A stretch of DNA of 36,435 nucleotides from Parcubacteria group bacterium GW2011_GWF1_45_5 (GCA_001001795.1 LCLB01000004.1:1-36435), one strand, 5' to 3'; positions 1 through 8,349 are shown, counted from the first letter of the stretch. Notes: generated by a model from the sequence alone, not told the origin. Translations and numbers: made by a program.

Positions 1-1
1 G

Positions 2-361
2 TTAACCTTTTTTCATTTTCTCAAACCGGTATAAACGACTTTTTATTGTATCGTACTCAAGCCTATTATTTTCTCTTTTAAGCTCTCTTAAATTTTTCCC
101 TTTTTTACTTTGCTTATATAGTCGGAAATCATCAATAAAATTGAATTTCGTCCTCAGCGCCTGGGGTGATTTACCCTTGGCTCTCGCCATATTCTTTTTA
201 TTCTTAAAAAAATCCTTAATGTCATTCCCACTTGCATCTGGGCTTATAAGTATGGAACGCCACCCACCCCTAATAATCATGCGCTCAACATCCTCCCAGC
301 ACCATCCCATAGAAAACAAATCGTCTATAAAAAAACACATGGGATCTGTAGACGACAACAT
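2..361 (-). CDS. hypothetical protein, possibly the C-terminal part of a gene that continues from 285..656 after a frameshift
   Basis: 119-aa ORF with no recognisable motif. It overlaps the upstream same-strand ORF by 77 nt. Its ATG lies two codons after a TAA, inside a GGGAAAATG run. Confidence 0.35.
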   Translation of the reverse strand: MLSSTDPMCFFIDDLFSMGWCWEDVERMIIRGGWRSILISPDASGNDIKDFFKNKKNMARAKGKSPQALRTKFNFIDDFRLYKQSKKGKNLRELKRENNRLEYDTIKSRLYRFEKMKKG

Positions 362-656
362 TTTCCCTTAAATCAGACAGTCTCTCTGTATCTCCAAGGT
401 TTGGAAATATATCATTTGTTAGAGCCAATTCTGTACACGCAGCCGAATCATCCCTGATTCTTATCTTATCGGTACCGACCATATTAATAATCGAAAATAT
501 GTCTCCGTAAAACAAACCTTCTTTCTCGAATTTTTTTATAGGGATCTTGATTGTTTCCGTAAATCCAGAAAGCTCACCGGTTTGAACAAGAATCCCCAAC
601 ATCACCTTGATGGTTTCTAATGTCCCACTAGAAAAGTTAGAAAGATTATCATCCAT
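285..656 (-). CDS. hypothetical protein
   Basis: 123-aa ORF. The last ~25 residues (VVVYRSHVFFYRRFVFYGMVLGGC) look non-native, consistent with a frame change into the 2..361 ORF. Confidence 0.35.
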   Translation of the reverse strand: MDDNLSNFSSGTLETIKVMLGILVQTGELSGFTETIKIPIKKFEKEGLFYGDIFSIINMVGTDKIRIRDDSAACTELALTNDIFPNLGDTERLSDLRENVVVYRSHVFFYRRFVFYGMVLGGC

Positions 657-705
657 AATGATCTTTGTATTTATTCTACCCTAATTACCATACAATTTCT
701 CCAGA

Positions 706-733
706 TTGCTTTAGCCCTAAAAGGCCCTATAAT
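706..733 (+). promoter_or_regulatory. candidate sigma70-type promoter for the protease gene, possibly producing a leaderless mRNA
   Basis: TTGCTT (706-711), 16-nt spacer, TATAAT (728-733). The ATG at 741 is only 7 nt downstream of the -10 box. Confidence 0.3.
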
Positions 734-740
734 TGAATTA

Positions 741-1754
741 ATGACCTTTGGGAATAAAAGAATCGTCTTTTTTGCAAAACTCAGTAGTATCTGGAAATAT
801 TCTCGCACGGCGTTGTTACTAATCAGTATCGTGGGCCTATCTGGTTTAGGTATTTTCTTATATGCGGATTATGCGGCTAAAAAGACCATAGAAACCGAAA
901 AAACACAAATTTTGTTGGAAGAACAACAGAAGAGGTTGGAAGAAGCTGAAATGAAACTGGATGACTTAAAACAGCAAGCAGAAACACAAACAGATAACCT
1001 CAAGAAACGGGTAGAGGATTTGACCGAATCACAGAATAGATTGCTTCAAGAATCAAAACAATCAACACCGAAAGAAATTATTATCTCTTCAGCGGACATA
1101 GCTCAGTATTTAACAGGGGTAGTGCAAGTTTACTGTAATCTATATAACGGAGGGTCTTCTAGCGGAAGCGGTTCGCTATGGACGGTGAGCAATATAGGAT
1201 ATAGCGTTCTCACTAATAAACATGTCGTAACTGGGAGCAAAAATTGCATAATAATGTCGGATGAAGTACTGGTCAAAGACCTTTCAATCGAGAGGCTTTA
1301 CAACTGGAATGATGCCTCCGATATAGCAATTCTAAAAATCGGTGCCCTCAAGCCAAACGATATAGTTCCTCCATCCAATTTCAATTACAAAATCTCCCAA
1401 CTGAGAAAGTGCGACGTTAAAATGCCTGTAGGATCTCCCGTCGTTGTGATAGGGTTCCCCATCTCTGGGAAACAGGGTGTAACAGTATACGGATATAGTG
1501 CTAGCGATTGGTCCCGCATAACCACGAATGGAATAATCAGTGCGTACGATGATACATCGGTATATCCTATCGGGTCACTACCCTACTTTAACTACTTTGT
1601 TTCAGCAAAAATGGACGCTGGTAATTCTGGGGGTGTGGTAATATCGAAAGATCAAAGTGGTCTCTGTCTTTTAGGGATCCCGACTTGGTTATCAATAGGA
1701 AAATACGAAAATCAAGGGATAGTGCAAAATATACATAATGTTATATATAAATAA
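741..1754 (+). CDS. membrane-anchored trypsin-like (S1/HtrA-type fold) serine protease with an N-terminal coiled coil
   Basis: N-terminal TM segment (ALLLISIVGLSGLGIFLY) followed by a heptad-like charged region. Catalytic triad contexts are LTNKHVV (His), DIAILKI (Asp) and DAGNSGGVV (Ser). Confidence 0.8.
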   Translation: MTFGNKRIVFFAKLSSIWKYSRTALLLISIVGLSGLGIFLYADYAAKKTIETEKTQILLEEQQKRLEEAEMKLDDLKQQAETQTDNLKKRVEDLTESQNRLLQESKQSTPKEIIISSADIAQYLTGVVQVYCNLYNGGSSSGSGSLWTVSNIGYSVLTNKHVVTGSKNCIIMSDEVLVKDLSIERLYNWNDASDIAILKIGALKPNDIVPPSNFNYKISQLRKCDVKMPVGSPVVVIGFPISGKQGVTVYGYSASDWSRITTNGIISAYDDTSVYPIGSLPYFNYFVSAKMDAGNSGGVVISKDQSGLCLLGIPTWLSIGKYENQGIVQNIHNVIYK

Positions 1755-1774
1755 TAGTGCGGTCTCTTAAATTT

Positions 1775-1873
1775 GTGAAACTATTAAAGGAAAATTTATT
1801 TAAGATAGCGATTCTGGTTATCGTATTGTTGCTTATATACCTTTTCTTAATGGAAAAAGGATTGTTTAGGTAA
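1775..1873 (+). CDS. possible 32-aa single-TM micropeptide (GTG start)
   Basis: VKLLKENLFKIAILVIVLLLIYLFLMEKGLFR*, read by hand from the intergenic gap between the protease and DUF2726 genes. There is no homology support. Confidence 0.15.
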   Translation: MKLLKENLFKIAILVIVLLLIYLFLMEKGLFR

Positions 1874-1883
1874 AACTTAATTT

Positions 1884-2411
1884 ATGTCATTCATCTTCTG
1901 GCTTTTTATTATAGTCGTGGCAGTGGCCTTTATAGGTAAGCTTATCGATACATATACACAAGGTTCTTATGATTCTCGCGATTATACCGAAGAAAAAGAT
2001 GAATATGACTATAAATATAAAAGGAAAGTGTTCCTTATGACCAAGCCAGAACACGAATGTTTTGACACACTTGTAAAGGCGGTCGGCGATAAATACTATA
2101 TTTTCCCGCAAATACACCTCCCATCACTCGTGGGACATAAAGTATATGGGCAGAGTTGGCGCGGGGCATTCGGCCACATCAACCGAAAATCAATTGATTT
2201 CGTACTCTGTGATAAAGCCTATATATCGCCGGTGCTCGCGATAGAGCTTGACGATAGTACACACCAAAGGTACGACAGGCATATGCGGGACGTGGAGGTG
2301 GAGAAGATCTTAAGGTATGCGGGGATTCCCCTTCTACGCATCAACCATTTTGAAATGCGGAATTCGGCAAACTTGGGTGCTTTAATAGAAAAAGCTGTCG
2401 CACAGCACTAA
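1884..2411 (+). CDS. DUF2726 domain protein (restriction-endonuclease-like fold) with an N-terminal TM helix
   Basis: TM segment MSFIFWLFIIVVAVAFIG, then the family-typical pattern PEHECFDTL...YYIFPQIHL...KSIDFVLCDK...PVLAIELDDSTH...AGIPLLRI. Confidence 0.75.
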   Translation: MSFIFWLFIIVVAVAFIGKLIDTYTQGSYDSRDYTEEKDEYDYKYKRKVFLMTKPEHECFDTLVKAVGDKYYIFPQIHLPSLVGHKVYGQSWRGAFGHINRKSIDFVLCDKAYISPVLAIELDDSTHQRYDRHMRDVEVEKILRYAGIPLLRINHFEMRNSANLGALIEKAVAQH

Positions 2412-2771
2412 ACATCGTCTATTCTTGCGTAGATCCTGCTTTTTCTTATCTAAAACGTGCAAAATCATGTACGCATAAAAAATGCGTCCAAGGCCGACAA
2501 TTCCTGATTTATCTAGAATTTAAGCTACGAAATTCCATAAAGCATCATAAAAATCATTAGTGGTTTCGCAACCTTATTGCAATAATTTTCTAACGAAGAA
2601 ACTTCAATAAATGGCTATTTTATTAGCTATTCTGGGAATTATGACATTTCCCCAAACCCCTTAATTTACTGCATAAATTAAATTTGGTGATCTATTATGC
2701 ATAAGTAAACTCCTTGGACAATCTATATAAATTACAGTTTTACCCAAAGGGACTATAATACTAATAGAAAT

Positions 2772-3554
2772 ATGTACAAAAGGGCCTTCATCCAAATACC
2801 AATTCTCATAGGAATTATAGCAACGGCAATCGCAGCTACTGGTATTGGTTATTTTACTATTAAGCAAAATCAAGAGAAAAGTAAACTAAGACAAGAGATA
2901 ACTACCCTTAGAAACAAAATTGAGGAGCAAATAATAACATCTCCACAAAATTCTCCAATAGAAACGATAGCCCCGCCTAAGGTAGAGAATAAGATACCTC
3001 CGACCCATAAACCAACTCCTCAACCCACACAAACGCCGTCACCCACACCCACACCAATACCACTACCCAACCCCAGCCCCAGCCCGACACCTAACTTTAA
3101 TAAAGAATACGCACTGAATAATATCTATACGCTTCTCCAGCAAAGGGCAGTGGAAATCAATCAACAAAAACAATCCCAGACCCAACTAGCCTCCCAATTG
3201 AATTCCATACTTCAACAAATAAACCAGATAAAACTAGATTACTATGCTGAAGTCGAAAGCATTAACAACGATTCATGGCTTACGGAATCGGTGCGCCGAG
3301 CAAGAATCGCGCACGCAGCCGAGGATGCCAATTACGAAATCGAGAAACTAAAAACGCAGTACGATATCCTTATGGTCCAGTACGGAGCGATATCACTGAA
3401 TTATCAAGTATCCCAAAACATTACTATACCGAACGACTATACGGTGTGGCGGATAGAAGGTTCCCTCGATGGTCTCTCTGGAACAATGTATAACAACCAA
3501 GGGCAAACCTATAGATGGGATTGCGTAGATTACTCCAACTGCACACTATACTAA
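2772..3554 (+). CDS. membrane-anchored protein with a Pro/Thr-rich linker and a coiled-coil region
   Basis: N-terminal TM segment (IPILIGIIATAIAATGIGYF), PTHKPTPQPTQTPSPTPTPIPLPNPSPSPTP linker, and a Q-rich helical segment. No catalytic motif. Confidence 0.6.
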   Translation: MYKRAFIQIPILIGIIATAIAATGIGYFTIKQNQEKSKLRQEITTLRNKIEEQIITSPQNSPIETIAPPKVENKIPPTHKPTPQPTQTPSPTPTPIPLPNPSPSPTPNFNKEYALNNIYTLLQQRAVEINQQKQSQTQLASQLNSILQQINQIKLDYYAEVESINNDSWLTESVRRARIAHAAEDANYEIEKLKTQYDILMVQYGAISLNYQVSQNITIPNDYTVWRIEGSLDGLSGTMYNNQGQTYRWDCVDYSNCTLY

Positions 3555-3561
3555 TATCTAT

Positions 3562-3588
3562 AACAGGCTCCGATAACGTCTTTCCACC
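3562..3588 (+). repeat. 27-nt direct repeat, copy A (AACAGGCTCCGATAACGTCTTTCCACC)
   Basis: Matches copy B at 4349..4375 at 24 of 27 positions in the same orientation. Lies 8 nt after the stop of 2772..3554. Confidence 0.8.
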
Positions 3589-3605
3589 ATCAGAAATAAA
3601 ACAAT

Positions 3606-4244
3606 ATGGGACTATTAGACTTTTCAAAATATAACGAGATAGAGAAAGCATTGCTCGGCCTTTATTACCAAATAATGAGTGCGTGCGGAATGTCTTCAGT
3701 AGAAGTTAAAAAAACAGTTGAGGATATGCTTGATCGAGCAATCGAGGAGTCTAAAAAAAGTGGAAATTACTTTCTTCCTGAAAATTTGGGAAACATTATT
3801 GTGGGACAAATAGAAACGGATGATCTGCGAATACAGAAATTTGCTCAAGCTATTAGAGAAGGAATGCCGAAGAATGAGGGAATAACTTTAGATGATATAC
3901 AAAAATGGTGGAATTTGAATGATGTAGAACGTCGCATGATGTTAGCACAAGATATGGTTGCAAAGACTGAGGCAGTACTTGGGTGTTTAGATTCGGGGAT
4001 GGCTTCAAATCCAGAGGAGGCGGTTGCTATGGTTTGTAAATTTCATCCAGTTTATGGGGACCCAAATGATGACAGTCAAAGTAGCGGAGATGATCGTCCG
4101 CTGCCGTTTGAGCTAAGAGACAGGATCAATATCTATATTGCAAAAATGGTTGGTAAGGAATCGGAAGAATATAAAGGAGAAATGGAGGCATCGTCCTCAT
4201 TTAACGCACTCATCAGAAAGGAGATCAGAAATGGCAATCTGTAA
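3606..4244 (+). CDS. hypothetical soluble acidic protein
   Basis: 212-aa ORF with no recognised motif, bracketed by the 27-nt direct repeats. Confidence 0.55.
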   Translation: MGLLDFSKYNEIEKALLGLYYQIMSACGMSSVEVKKTVEDMLDRAIEESKKSGNYFLPENLGNIIVGQIETDDLRIQKFAQAIREGMPKNEGITLDDIQKWWNLNDVERRMMLAQDMVAKTEAVLGCLDSGMASNPEEAVAMVCKFHPVYGDPNDDSQSSGDDRPLPFELRDRINIYIAKMVGKESEEYKGEMEASSSFNALIRKEIRNGNL

Positions 4245-4339
4245 AAAAGGTTATAAGCTGGATTAAAGAAAATTGGTTTCGGTTTGTCATTATCGCCTTT
4301 GCCCTAGTAGCCTTGCCTTATTGCTAGAGGACTACTATC

Positions 4340-4780
4340 CTACCACCAAACAGGTTCTGATAACGTCCTTCCACCCACCCATAATGAGGGTTTAGTACCC
4401 TCTAATTGCTTAATTAGCCCGAAAGAACAACCTAATTTGGTGGTTCGAAATCCAGGGTATTCGTAGGTTATGTTTTCAGGGTAAGCTGATGGGCATACTT
4501 GCCCTTCTTTTGGAGCTACTAACTCAATTGCTGTATTTGTGTATTGCTGATAACGAAGCGGAGTATTCAATTTATAAATTCCTACTCTACGTCCACCCAC
4601 TATCTCTTCCGAAATCTTCTCCCCAAGCTTATCAAACTCAGTTCTTAATCTATCGTAGTCCTCATTTGAAGACGCTTGGTATCCGATGTGATCCATATCT
4701 AGGTCGGACACATCAATTCCCAATTGTTTAATTTTTTCCAGAAGGCCTTTAATGAATGATTCGTAGTTATCTACTACCAT
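4340..4780 (-). CDS. YecM-like (VOC/glyoxalase-fold, DUF991-type) protein, with a C-terminus that may be degenerate
   Basis: The N-terminal ~95 aa follow the YecM pattern (LGIDVSDLDMDHIGYQ...GGRRVGIYKLNTPL...AIELVAPKEG). The expected downstream G-x-E-H-hydrophobic motif is not visible, and the tail is encoded by repeat copy B. Confidence 0.5.
   Translation of the reverse strand: MVVDNYESFIKGLLEKIKQLGIDVSDLDMDHIGYQASSNEDYDRLRTEFDKLGEKISEEIVGGRRVGIYKLNTPLRYQQYTNTAIELVAPKEGQVCPSAYPENITYEYPGFRTTKLGCSFGLIKQLEGTKPSLWVGGRTLSEPVWW
4349..4375 (+). repeat. 27-nt direct repeat, copy B (AACAGGTTCTGATAACGTCCTTCCACC)
   Basis: See copy A. Overlaps the last codons (GGRTLSEPV) of the minus-strand ORF 4340..4780. 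Confidence 0.8.
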
Positions 4781-4792
4781 AGTTATATTAAT

Positions 4793-5678
4793 GGGTAATA
4801 TCCATTATCTAGCACTAAATTTGTGTTATTAGTTGAAGTAATTTGTTTCTTTGTTTTCTAATATCGGTTTTTCTATAGTTGTATCTCCAAACATATTCAC
4901 TTAAAAAAAGGGGTAAATATTTCCTTCTCACACCACCTTTACTTGCTAATTTTCTTTTTAAATATCCCAAGAAGCCTTCTAAACCATTGATATGATTTTT
5001 ACCTCTCACATATTCGTGAGTTCCATGTTCTACAGTTCTATGAACATACCCAGCAGTTGCAAGGCCTTTATATGACCTGTAAGTATCTGAACAGATTTTA
5101 CTTCCCAGTTTAACTTTTTTAGTTATAATTGGAATTAAATCTAAAGCTTTAGTATCGGGTACAAGTTCAGCAAATACCTTTCCATTTCTTTCTAAAATAC
5201 CGAATACAGGCTGTTTTGTAGTCCCAAAACCACTTTTACTTATCTTTCCAAAAGTCTCTATCTCTTTTTTAAGTTGTTTTTTATTCTTGTTTTTCTTTTG
5301 ACCTCCCAAGTATGTTTCATCAACTTCAACTACCCCTGAAAATGTTTTGGGTACATCTTTGACCATTACCATTCTTAATATTTTTAAAGATTTAGCTACT
5401 GTTTTTATATTTTTACCAGTCTGATTTGCGATCACAGGACTATTAGCCCCAATTAAAAAGAGGTCAATAATTTTTATCCAATCAGTTCTTGTTAACCTTA
5501 TTGAAACCATCAAATATCTTCTGAAATCAGTCTTACAAACCTTACAACGGTATTCCCCGCCACTTAATTTCCAGTACTTTTTACCTCCACATTTCTTACA
5601 TTTAAATCTCACGTCCAAATTTTACCGTATTTATGAAGAAAACAAACACTTTGAAGTGCTAGATTTTACCTATTACCC
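4793..5678 (-). mobile_element. IS1595-family insertion sequence, apparently intact
   Basis: 24-nt imperfect terminal inverted repeats (4793-4816 vs the reverse complement of 5655-5678, 19/24 identical, GGGTAATA...ATCTAGCACT). Flanked by a direct 7-bp TATTAAT duplication (4786-4792 and 5679-5685). Contains a single transposase ORF. Confidence 0.85.
4815..5618 (-). CDS. IS1595-family (ISXO2-like) DDE transposase with an N-terminal zinc ribbon
   Basis: CKKCGG...CKVC zinc ribbon, VVEVDETYLGG, GILERNGKV, SDTYRSYKGL, HRTVEH and INGLEGFLGYLKR are all typical of this family. Confidence 0.9.
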   Translation of the reverse strand: MDVRFKCKKCGGKKYWKLSGGEYRCKVCKTDFRRYLMVSIRLTRTDWIKIIDLFLIGANSPVIANQTGKNIKTVAKSLKILRMVMVKDVPKTFSGVVEVDETYLGGQKKNKNKKQLKKEIETFGKISKSGFGTTKQPVFGILERNGKVFAELVPDTKALDLIPIITKKVKLGSKICSDTYRSYKGLATAGYVHRTVEHGTHEYVRGKNHINGLEGFLGYLKRKLASKGGVRRKYLPLFLSEYVWRYNYRKTDIRKQRNKLLQLITQI

Positions 5679-6581
5679 TATTAATCCTCCCTTAACTAAT
5701 CTAAATTCTTTTTTTGTCTCCCATATATTTTTAAGTTGATCAAAATTATCATCTGGTTTCTGCATCAACTTTGCCAGATCATCTATTTCAGCTAGTTGTT
5801 TCTCGGACAATTTATCAAACTTGCCAAAGTTAGTTATTTCTGGAGCATGATGATAAATGATCTCGTCATTCATCAAACAGTGAAAGTCATAAAAAAGTTC
5901 CCAAGAAATCGCCATTAAACCTCCGTTACCACCACCATTCCAAAAATGATCACCGTCTGTTTTACCACTCCTCACTACCAACCAGGCGTCGGCAGAAAAA
6001 TCAAAGGTTTCTTCTGGCATGTCATAAGGGTCAAACTTCAGATAACCTTCAATACTTCCATCGACATCAATGGTGACCCACCTTGACTCTTTTTCGTCCC
6101 AGTATTGATTTATCCAATGATCGTCGCTTTTACCAGCTGGCAAGCCGTCCACAACAAAGTAAGGTGCAAATCCAGAACGTACGCGGGCAGGAATGCCTTT
6201 CAACTTCAATAAAGAAGCCATGAGAATTGTGGTAAACCTACAAGTGAGTACCAACTTGTTTTCTGCGGCTCTGTCAGGTACTAAACCTCTTGGGTCTCTT
6301 CTGAACAATTCAGCCAGCATTGCAGAAGTAGTAACAAATACGTCATCCTCTGGCTGTCTTGTCCAAGGAACTCTGGTGGTATCCCCATATCTCAAGTCTG
6401 CGTTTGATCCAGTATTACCATTTTTCAAAACCATGCGATGAATGAGCTGTTTTCTTACCAATAAACCAATTTCTCTAACATCATTGGGTAAGCTTTTCTT
6501 AAAAACTTCACCGTACAAACCAGGGTCGGTGTACTGACTAAATTGAAGATAGTTATCTGTTATTTTAGAAAAGTTATTCAT
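5673..6581 (-). CDS. transglutaminase-like (papain-fold) domain protein
   Basis: Cys context LTCRFTTILMASLLKLKGIPAR, His context SDDHWINQYW and Asp context WVTIDVD. The final Gly codon and the TAA stop are supplied by the IS end. Confidence 0.8.
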   Translation of the reverse strand: MNNFSKITDNYLQFSQYTDPGLYGEVFKKSLPNDVREIGLLVRKQLIHRMVLKNGNTGSNADLRYGDTTRVPWTRQPEDDVFVTTSAMLAELFRRDPRGLVPDRAAENKLVLTCRFTTILMASLLKLKGIPARVRSGFAPYFVVDGLPAGKSDDHWINQYWDEKESRWVTIDVDGSIEGYLKFDPYDMPEETFDFSADAWLVVRSGKTDGDHFWNGGGNGGLMAISWELFYDFHCLMNDEIIYHHAPEITNFGKFDKLSEKQLAEIDDLAKLMQKPDDNFDQLKNIWETKKEFRLVKGGLIG

Positions 6582-7165
6582 AATTTATCTGAGCCATCAA
6601 TCGAGGAACGAGTGTATTTAACTTCAAGCAATTTTTCTAGTAATGGGAAACTAGTATATGGCTGGTGGGAACTATCTGATCCCATGTGACCTTCACCCTC
6701 ACGACAAATTAGGGTGCCACCTGTTTTCTTCCACATATATAAACCTTCTTCTTGATCGATGGTCCAAGGGTCATCTTGAGAATTGATGTAGACAATGTCC
6801 TTTGCAGCTTTCTTTATTTTGTCCTAGTTATATTCTGGTTGAAGAATAGGTTGAGTTTCTTTGTCCCCACGAAGCTTTCTGGCAAATCCTGCAACCATTA
6901 CTGCTTTATGAATCGTGACGTTTATATTTTCTAAAACGCTTAAAACTAAAGGACCACCAGCTGAATGACCGATGATTATTGTTTCTTCGTTATATTTTCC
7001 ACTTAGCGCTACTGGCAACCATTTCGAAAGCACTGGGTTGTCAGCGTCAGGGAGCTGAGGTACCCAAACGTCATAACCAAGGCTTTCAAGAAAACTTTTA
7101 GTTTTAGGAAACCAATAAGAATTAGGTGTACACCCTGTACCATGAAAGATGATTGCGTTTTTCAT
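6578..7165 (-). pseudogene. YdeN/RBBP9-type alpha/beta serine hydrolase interrupted by one in-frame TAG (6824-6826)
   Basis: The N-part has IIIGHSAGG (nucleophile elbow). Hand translation past the TAG stays in the same frame with no further stop: DKIKKAAKDIVYINSQDDPW...EGEGHMGS...DKL*. This supplies the Asp and His of the triad. The TGA overlaps the ATG of the downstream gene (ATGA). Confidence 0.75.
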
Positions 7166-7229
7166 ATTAATCTTACCTTAGTATATCTTATACTTACTTC
7201 CATATCTTACAGAATTGGAAAGATATTTG

Positions 7230-7433
7230 CTACAGCTTTGTTGCTCCAAATGCGCCAGGTGGCGCACTTTCAGCTTTTCGCATTCTATTTACAGCTTTAA
7301 TCGCTGCTTCTTGAGGTGCTCGATGATATTTTCTAAGGTTGTAGGTTAAGTTAAGGCAATGACGGCATAAGAAAATGTCGCTCCTGATCTTGACGATGAT
7401 TCTGATCACGGGAGCCGCCGTTCTACTGGCCAC
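7230..7433 (-). CDS. doubtful small ORF (GTG start) with a CRHC...Y motif, possibly a zinc-ribbon gene fragment
   Basis: 67-aa ORF with no upstream partner CxxC. Composition is atypical for the flanking sequence. Confidence 0.2.
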   Translation of the reverse strand: MASRTAAPVIRIIVKIRSDIFLCRHCLNLTYNLRKYHRAPQEAAIKAVNRMRKAESAPPGAFGATKL

Positions 7434-7453
7434 GATCTTTCAATAAACGGAAT

Positions 7454-7480
7454 GGCGGCAATCAAATGCCGCCTTTTCCT
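7454..7480. terminator. terminator-like hairpin between 7508..8116 and downstream sequence
   Basis: GGCGGCA-ATCAAA-TGCCGCC stem-loop with a T-run (TTTTCCT) on the plus side. On the minus side the trailing sequence is only moderately T-rich. Confidence 0.3.
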
Positions 7481-7507
7481 CTTCTATAGAGAAACTATGG
7501 AAAAGAA

Positions 7508-8116
7508 TTACTTTATATAAACACTATACGGCTCAGTAAGCTCGGCAACATAATCGATCCTGACCATACGTTTTGGAATGTTTTTCTTGGGTTGGTATAA
7601 CCCGCACGCCTTATCAACTCTGTATCTGAAATAGCTATCAAAGTATTTGTTCGGATCAGGGAACATTCCCGAAAAACCACAATAGTCCCCGAGGTTTATT
7701 TCAAAAGAAACTTCGCGTAAATCCTTGGCGATAATGGCAAAATGAGGAGCTTTTTTGTTTCCGACCAGCAACACCTCTTTTGGTAATTTCTCCCAGCGAG
7801 CAAGATGGTTTGTAAAATAAGTAAACCGCTCCGGCGCCTCAAGAGCATAAGAAGATGGAGTTATCGAAAAAAGAATCATGATTTTCTGGTTGTGTGTTTT
7901 TGCGTGGGCGATGAATCCTTGCATAGCATTAGGGCGGCAAAATACACCTCCATACCCCCAGAAAAATTTCCCGCACAAGGTTTGTTCTCTTTGTTTAATG
8001 GCAATAATTTCTCCCAAACCATACCCGCAATAAGGCCCGGCTTTCATAATGAGGATGTGCGAGTAGTTCATAAATACAGTATAGCAATAGGAAAACGAAT
8101 TGATGCTATTTGGCAT
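7508..8116 (-). CDS. hypothetical protein (a more likely start is Met16 at 8071)
   Basis: 202-aa ORF that is Cys/aromatic-rich, with no recognised motif. Confidence 0.55.
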   Translation of the reverse strand: MPNSINSFSYCYTVFMNYSHILIMKAGPYCGYGLGEIIAIKQREQTLCGKFFWGYGGVFCRPNAMQGFIAHAKTHNQKIMILFSITPSSYALEAPERFTYFTNHLARWEKLPKEVLLVGNKKAPHFAIIAKDLREVSFEINLGDYCGFSGMFPDPNKYFDSYFRYRVDKACGLYQPKKNIPKRMVRIDYVAELTEPYSVYIK

Positions 8117-8349
8117 TTATTGGTTTCGGCGCCATAATAAGCCATATGAATACACCCCAGAAAACAATAAAACCCAAAACAGCAACCATAGTTTTGCGCA
8201 CGTTTGTCGTAGTCCTTGGCGCCGTCGCCGTAACCATGTTCGCCGCATACGGTTATCGTACGGTTTTCCAGAAGGTTTACGATTATTCTTCGGAAAGACA
8301 AAAATATGCTTCCCTCGACCGTTGTGGCGACCACAACCATAATAAATAA
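8110..8349 (+). CDS. possible small membrane protein, perhaps the N-terminal part of a frameshifted gene with 8306..8638
   Basis: Contains a TM-like segment (IVLRTFVVVLGAVAVTMFAAYGY). Overlaps the next ORF around an A5 run (GACAAAAATATG). Confidence 0.3.
   Translation: MAFIGFGAIISHMNTPQKTIKPKTATIVLRTFVVVLGAVAVTMFAAYGYRTVFQKVYDYSSERQKYASLDRCGDHNHNK

Noticed and set aside
4241-4327. Open -1 frame after the stop of 3606..4244 that encodes a TM-like tail (VKKVISWIKENWFRFVIIAFALVALPYC)
   Set aside because: The frame has no ATG, GTG or TTG start after its upstream stop at 4202-4204. I found no slippery heptamer between 4205 and 4241, so chance or a decayed remnant is the simpler explanation.
6824-6826. 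Reassignment of TAG as a sense codon
   Set aside because: TAG terminates the transposase (4815-4817) and the dockerin protein (22124-22126) at sensible positions. No suppressor tRNA is visible in the window.
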